Below, one piece after another: positions 36,191 through 39,690 of a stretch of 39,690 nucleotides of DNA; position 1 is the first letter of the stretch, and each line of letters begins with the position of its first letter. Made by a program: the position numbers and the translations under genes. Origin of the DNA: a virus; the IMG/VR virus record IMGVR_UViG_3300045988_167796, positions 132,032-171,721 of that record; one strand, given 5' to 3'. The notes under the pieces are model-generated. The model was not told where the DNA came from and made no database searches. It saw only the letters and a program-made list of their open reading frames with translations.

Positions 36191-36211
36191 CTATAATGAA
36201 TAATATTAAAA
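36191..36211 (+). promoter_or_regulatory. plus-strand copy of conserved motif CTATAATGAATAATATTAAAA
   Basis: Runs directly into SD AGGAGAG of gene at 36224. Confidence 0.5.
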
Positions 36212-36223
36212 GGAGAGAAAACT

Positions 36224-36769
36224 ATGTTAAAAACAAACGAAGCAATCAACGTATTAAAAAACATGAATGAGGTACTCGAAAACATTTATATTGGTTTAAT
36301 GCCAAAAAGCAAAGCATCTCTATTAGAAACTAAACCGGCTCCATACGGAATCGATGATATTGTGCAGTATATGTACATCAAATGCGTTGAATCTTGCATC
36401 ATAATTCCAAATGGAGGATACGGTATTAATACAGATATCCTGTGGGATACAGCATTTAAAAATACAATCAAAGAATCCGACGAATTTAATTTTCTGGGAG
36501 AATTTTCAGTTGTTACAAATAATGCAAAATTATATGGAGCTTCTTCTATTATCAATGCAAAGCTTATGCGGGATATCTATGCAAGGGAGCACACAAATAA
36601 ATTTGTTTTACTTCCATCATCTGTACATGAAGTTCTTCTCCGTTCTGTTTTTGTTAAACCATCAGAAGATGATATGGAAGAATACAATACAATTGTAAAA
36701 GAAGTGAACGCTCAAAAAGTAAGCGAAAACGAAAGGCTTTCAGATCATGCATATTACATTGAGATTTAA
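36224..36769 (+). CDS. hypothetical protein, 181 aa
   Basis: AAAGGAGAGAAAA SD. Confidence 0.75.
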   Translation: MLKTNEAINVLKNMNEVLENIYIGLMPKSKASLLETKPAPYGIDDIVQYMYIKCVESCIIIPNGGYGINTDILWDTAFKNTIKESDEFNFLGEFSVVTNNAKLYGASSIINAKLMRDIYAREHTNKFVLLPSSVHEVLLRSVFVKPSEDDMEEYNTIVKEVNAQKVSENERLSDHAYYIEI

Positions 36770-36781
36770 GGAGGTAAGCAT

Positions 36782-36883
36782 ATGTACAAAGGATATTACA
36801 CGGCCCATGGATACATGGGCTTAACAGAATATGGATGGATCCTGTTTGCAACGGAATTAGATTATAAAGAATTTAGGAAATAA
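36782..36883 (+). CDS. small hypothetical protein, 33 aa
   Basis: AAGGAGGTAAGC SD 5 nt before ATG. Confidence 0.4.
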   Translation: MYKGYYTAHGYMGLTEYGWILFATELDYKEFRK

Positions 36884-36885
36884 TC

Positions 36886-37077
36886 ATGAGTTTATACAAA
36901 ATAGATTTAACCCGTCCATTAACACATCAAGAAACAATCAATATATTAAACGGGACACCGGCATGTCCATTTTCATTATATAAAATTAATAAACCATGTC
37001 CGCCATATGCATTAAATGATTTTGAAGATAAATCATGCCGCAGATGCATACTTGAACATTTTAATAAAAAGGAGTAA
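36886..37077 (+). CDS. hypothetical Cys-rich protein, 63 aa
   Basis: ORF in tight gene string. Confidence 0.55.
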   Translation: MSLYKIDLTRPLTHQETINILNGTPACPFSLYKINKPCPPYALNDFEDKSCRRCILEHFNKKE

Positions 37078-37113
37078 TAACCATGGATATTATAGAAATG
37101 GAGGTAATTACCA

Positions 37114-37272
37114 ATGGTTTTAAAACTTTACACAGAACGGCAGATTATTGAAAAATTCGGTCACTTAGTTCCAAATCATATCATCAAAGATATAAATACT
37201 GTTACATCAATTATGGAATTTAACGGAATCAATATTAAACAGTTTCATGACAGATATGTTATAGCAGAATAA
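37114..37272 (+). CDS. small hypothetical protein, 52 aa
   Basis: GGAGGT SD 9 nt before ATG. Confidence 0.4.
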   Translation: MVLKLYTERQIIEKFGHLVPNHIIKDINTVTSIMEFNGINIKQFHDRYVIAE

Positions 37273-37291
37273 GAATAGGAGCGTGTAAATC

Positions 37292-37747
37292 ATGATTAAT
37301 AAAAATAAAGAATTATTTCTTGATGCAATTTTCGAATTTTACTGCAAAAATATGCAGACAGATAAATCTCCGTGGGAAGATAAATCTAATGTGTTAAAAA
37401 GAAAAATCGTTGAACATTTCCACGGCAACGAAAACGACTTCTTATTTGTAGAGGCATTTATTAATGCATTTGCTTGCGATACTGAACATGACGCGTTTCT
37501 GTCCGGACTGAAATTCTTACAGGATTTTATGCACATCATGAAAGATATTAATCATGAAGATATCTGGTACAAAGAAATCTGGACAGATGAAGACCTGGTA
37601 AACGCTCTTCAGTACAGATGCATTGAACCAACGGAAGAAAACATTGCAAAACTGCGTGAAGGATGTAAGGGATTATTTGATGATAAGTCAACCAGGAACG
37701 AAATGATCGATGATAAAGTATGCAACTTATTTAATGTAGATTTATGA
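37292..37747 (+). CDS. hypothetical protein, 151 aa
   Basis: AGGAGCG SD. Confidence 0.7.
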   Translation: MINKNKELFLDAIFEFYCKNMQTDKSPWEDKSNVLKRKIVEHFHGNENDFLFVEAFINAFACDTEHDAFLSGLKFLQDFMHIMKDINHEDIWYKEIWTDEDLVNALQYRCIEPTEENIAKLREGCKGLFDDKSTRNEMIDDKVCNLFNVDL

Positions 37748-37787
37748 TTGAAGTGACGATTCTAATGAAGAAACGGAGGGATTCACA

Positions 37788-37937
37788 ATGACAGAAAAGA
37801 CTTATGAAACTATTGTATCTGTTTTAATTAATAGCAAAATAGACGCAGAAAAGAATAATAAAGATGGAATCAATAATGCTTATATTGAATCTATCAATAA
37901 TGCTTTAGAAGATTTAAAAACTATAAAACGGCAATAA
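37788..37937 (+). CDS. small hypothetical protein, 49 aa
   Basis: ACGGAGGGA SD 7 nt before ATG. Confidence 0.4.
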   Translation: MTEKTYETIVSVLINSKIDAEKNNKDGINNAYIESINNALEDLKTIKRQ

Positions 37938-37964
37938 ATACACAATGTAAAAAGGAAAAATTAA

Positions 37965-38174
37965 ATGTTTAAAACAGGAGATAGAGTTCATGTATCTGGT
38001 TATTCAGATGAACTTTGGATTGAAGATTATCATGTAAGTGTTGATACCGATGCTACGGTAATGGAAACACCAAACAAAAATGCAAAGAAAATTCTTCTCA
38101 TGCTTGATTCGATAGATGGAGAAGGAAATGTTTGTTGTCTAGTAAGAAAAAGTAAAGTGAAATTATGCGAATAA
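37965..38174 (+). CDS. hypothetical protein, 69 aa
   Basis: AAAAGGAAAAA SD. Confidence 0.6.
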   Translation: MFKTGDRVHVSGYSDELWIEDYHVSVDTDATVMETPNKNAKKILLMLDSIDGEGNVCCLVRKSKVKLCE

Positions 38175-38210
38175 AAACAAGATTTTAATGGAATAAAGTG
38201 AGGAATCGTT

Positions 38211-38459
38211 ATGGAAAAGAAAAAATATTATGCTATTACAACATCTATGACATTTCAAAAAACAGTGTTAGTTCCAGTTGATTCTGTAAAAGATATTAAC
38301 GAAGCGATAGATTTAGTTAACTGTGGCGTTGAGAATTGTTCCATAGACCTTTTAAATGAAGAAGCTGAATGTGAAACTAAACAATCGCCATATGCAGATA
38401 AGGACGGTGTTTATAAATTGTCTGATGAAGAAGCTTCTTTATATCAAATTGTACAATAG
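38211..38459 (+). CDS. hypothetical protein, 82 aa
   Basis: GTGAGGAA SD. Confidence 0.65.
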   Translation: MEKKKYYAITTSMTFQKTVLVPVDSVKDINEAIDLVNCGVENCSIDLLNEEAECETKQSPYADKDGVYKLSDEEASLYQIVQ

Positions 38460-38505
38460 AATTTATTTAAAAAATAATCGGAAGAATATGTGGAGGAAAT
38501 GGAGA

Positions 38506-38778
38506 ATGGATAACAAATTGGAACTCTGCATTTTAGCAGACAAAATTCAAGATAATTTACTTGATTTCATCAATAAAGTAAATGAATCAGGTCAAGGTTG
38601 TCTTTCAAGAGATATAGAAGTTGATTACCCAATGTTATTATTCTACGATCAGGAAACATGGCAAAAATTTGTTGATGTGTTTGATATATTGGGATTTGAT
38701 TTTACAACCGGTGAACCTGATGGGGAAGCAAAAACTTGGTATATTGACTTTGAATTTTCAGACGGAATAAGCGATTAA
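38506..38778 (+). CDS. hypothetical protein, 90 aa (start at SD-preceded ATG 38506; track start 38356 overlaps previous gene)
   Basis: GGAGGAAATGGAGA before ATG. Confidence 0.55.
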   Translation: MDNKLELCILADKIQDNLLDFINKVNESGQGCLSRDIEVDYPMLLFYDQETWQKFVDVFDILGFDFTTGEPDGEAKTWYIDFEFSDGISD

Positions 38779-38822
38779 GTTGATGATAAAAACAATCATA
38801 ATAAAAAATGGAGGAAACTGTT

Positions 38823-39080
38823 ATGATGCAGATTATTAAATTTACAGATGTTGATATTGATGGAAACGGAACAAATATAGAAGTATATATTCAGGTAGAA
38901 GGCAGAATAGAACTTACAAATGGAATTATTGAAAGAATGAAAAAGGAAATTGAAAAATACAAAGAAGAATTTTCTGGAGAATGGGATACTGATAGTATAA
39001 TTAATGTGGCTTGTATGTACCTGGAATCACAAGGTTACATGTGTCATTCTGTGATTCCTGATTATGAGATTGAATTTTAG
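38823..39080 (+). CDS. hypothetical protein, 85 aa
   Basis: GGAGGAA 6 nt before ATG 38823. Confidence 0.6.
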   Translation: MMQIIKFTDVDIDGNGTNIEVYIQVEGRIELTNGIIERMKKEIEKYKEEFSGEWDTDSIINVACMYLESQGYMCHSVIPDYEIEF

Positions 39081-39112
39081 CATATAAAAGCAAGGATCTA
39101 AAGGAGAAAAAT

Positions 39113-39331
39113 ATGTATTTTATTAAAGAAGACAATTACACTTGTCCTTATTGTGGAAGTGTTGTATAAAGAGAAGAACTTTCTGATCCACCTGAATTTA
39201 AAGATGCAATATCTGAAAGACATAATATCAAATGCCCTGGTTGTGGAAATTATGGCATGAATTACATGACAAAAGGTAAAGTTGGGTATGGAATGATTGG
39301 GTATACATTGTCTGATATTCGGAAGAAATGA
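39113..39331 (+). pseudogene. zinc-ribbon gene interrupted by in-frame TAA (39167-39169): 18 codons + stop + 53 codons in same frame
   Basis: AAAGGAGAAAAAT SD; CPYCG before the stop and CPGCG after it complete a C-x2-C...C-x2-C ribbon only if the TAA is read through. Confidence 0.35.
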
Positions 39332-39345
39332 GGTTGAAACGATAT

Positions 39346-39525
39346 ATGGAAAATATGAAAGTATATGTTGTAATAGAAATAATATCAATGAATAGTTTTA
39401 CAGATTCTTATGGTGATGTAGCAAATGATAAAGAAGAAATCATTGGAATCTATGATTCTAAAGAAAAAGCGAAAAGAAGAAAAGAAATTTTAGATAAAGA
39501 CTTTAGGGAAAGCCAAAGCGATTAA
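39346..39525 (+). CDS. hypothetical protein, 59 aa
   Basis: GAGGT 11 nt upstream of ATG 39346 (alternative in-frame ATG 39328). Confidence 0.5.
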   Translation: MENMKVYVVIEIISMNSFTDSYGDVANDKEEIIGIYDSKEKAKRRKEILDKDFRESQSD

Positions 39526-39618
39526 GCGGAATAAAGATAGATACAATTTTTCTTTTGTATCTGCGGACAAATCAATGATTACCATAGAAGAAGTATAAAG
39601 CAAATGAGGTGATTTATT

Positions 39619-39690
39619 ATGATGAGAGACTTAACAGGAATAGCAAAGAATTGTCCTATGTGTGGTTCAGATAGGATTTATATGGAAGAA
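39619..39690 (+). CDS. hypothetical zinc-ribbon-like protein, N-terminal fragment (runs off window end)
   Basis: TGAGGTGA SD; CPMCG motif. Confidence 0.55.
   Translation, partial: MMRDLTGIAKNCPMCGSDRIYMEE

Noticed and set aside
30052-38808. Track start codons 30052, 31653, 32712, 33228, 33545, 34668, 38356, 38808
   Set aside because: In each case an in-frame downstream ATG has a clear SD (AAGGAG/GGAGG) while the upstream start has none or would overlap the preceding gene. The starts were moved accordingly.
1-39690. Alternative genetic code / stop-codon reassignment
   Set aside because: Long ORFs (1038, 955, 617 aa) are intact under the standard code. TAA and TGA terminate well-defined genes throughout, and no suppressor-type tRNA (CUA/UCA/UUA anticodon) is in the window. 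The single in-frame TAA at 39167 is reported separately as a local anomaly.
1-39690. CRISPR array, rRNA, transposase or integrase
   Set aside because: No regularly spaced direct repeats with unique spacers, no rRNA-like conserved stretches, and no DDE/tyrosine-recombinase-like ORFs were found. The only mobile elements identified are the intein and the HNH homing endonuclease.

Overview
This ~39.7 kb window looks like part of a low-GC (about 30% GC) tailed dsDNA phage or prophage, probably of a Firmicutes-type host, since strong AAGGAGG-like SD sequences precede most starts and GTG/TTG starts are common; domain calls below rest on motifs read by eye and still need a database search. Positions 1-27,000 are transcribed leftward and carry a head/packaging module, 8 tRNA genes, nucleases and DNA-binding proteins. 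The head/packaging module holds the major capsid protein (MCP), a scaffold/protease candidate, the portal, and a large terminase subunit (TerL) whose Walker-A P-loop is split by a 352-aa Ala1 LAGLIDADG intein. The 8 tRNA genes sit in two clusters, with an HNH homing endonuclease inserted between two of them. The nuclease block comprises a ClpP-like serine protease, a beta-CASP metallo-beta-lactamase nuclease with RNase J/CPSF-type motifs, and a calcineurin-like metallophosphoesterase. Also present are an HU protein, a holin-like membrane protein, a CoiA-like nuclease, a SLOG/DUF2493-like protein, a Bro-N/KilA-C antirepressor and a HAD phosphatase with no canonical start codon. A 955-aa protein carries a DxDGD motif and may be a YonO-like single-subunit RNA polymerase. 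A 1.1 kb strand-switch region at 26.9-28.0 kb contains sigma70-like promoters, iteron-like repeats and a roughly 360-nt GC-rich, hairpin-dense element. Positions 28,000-39,690 are transcribed rightward and encode about 30 small early-type genes, including PC4/YdbC-like, ParB-like and RadC/JAB-like proteins. A 21-nt motif CTATAATGARYAATATTAAAA recurs at least 6 times in both orientations just upstream of genes and is a candidate phage-specific promoter or operator. A second GC-rich structured island beside tRNA-Asn/Thr is a candidate ncRNA. No CRISPR array, rRNA or transposase was seen.
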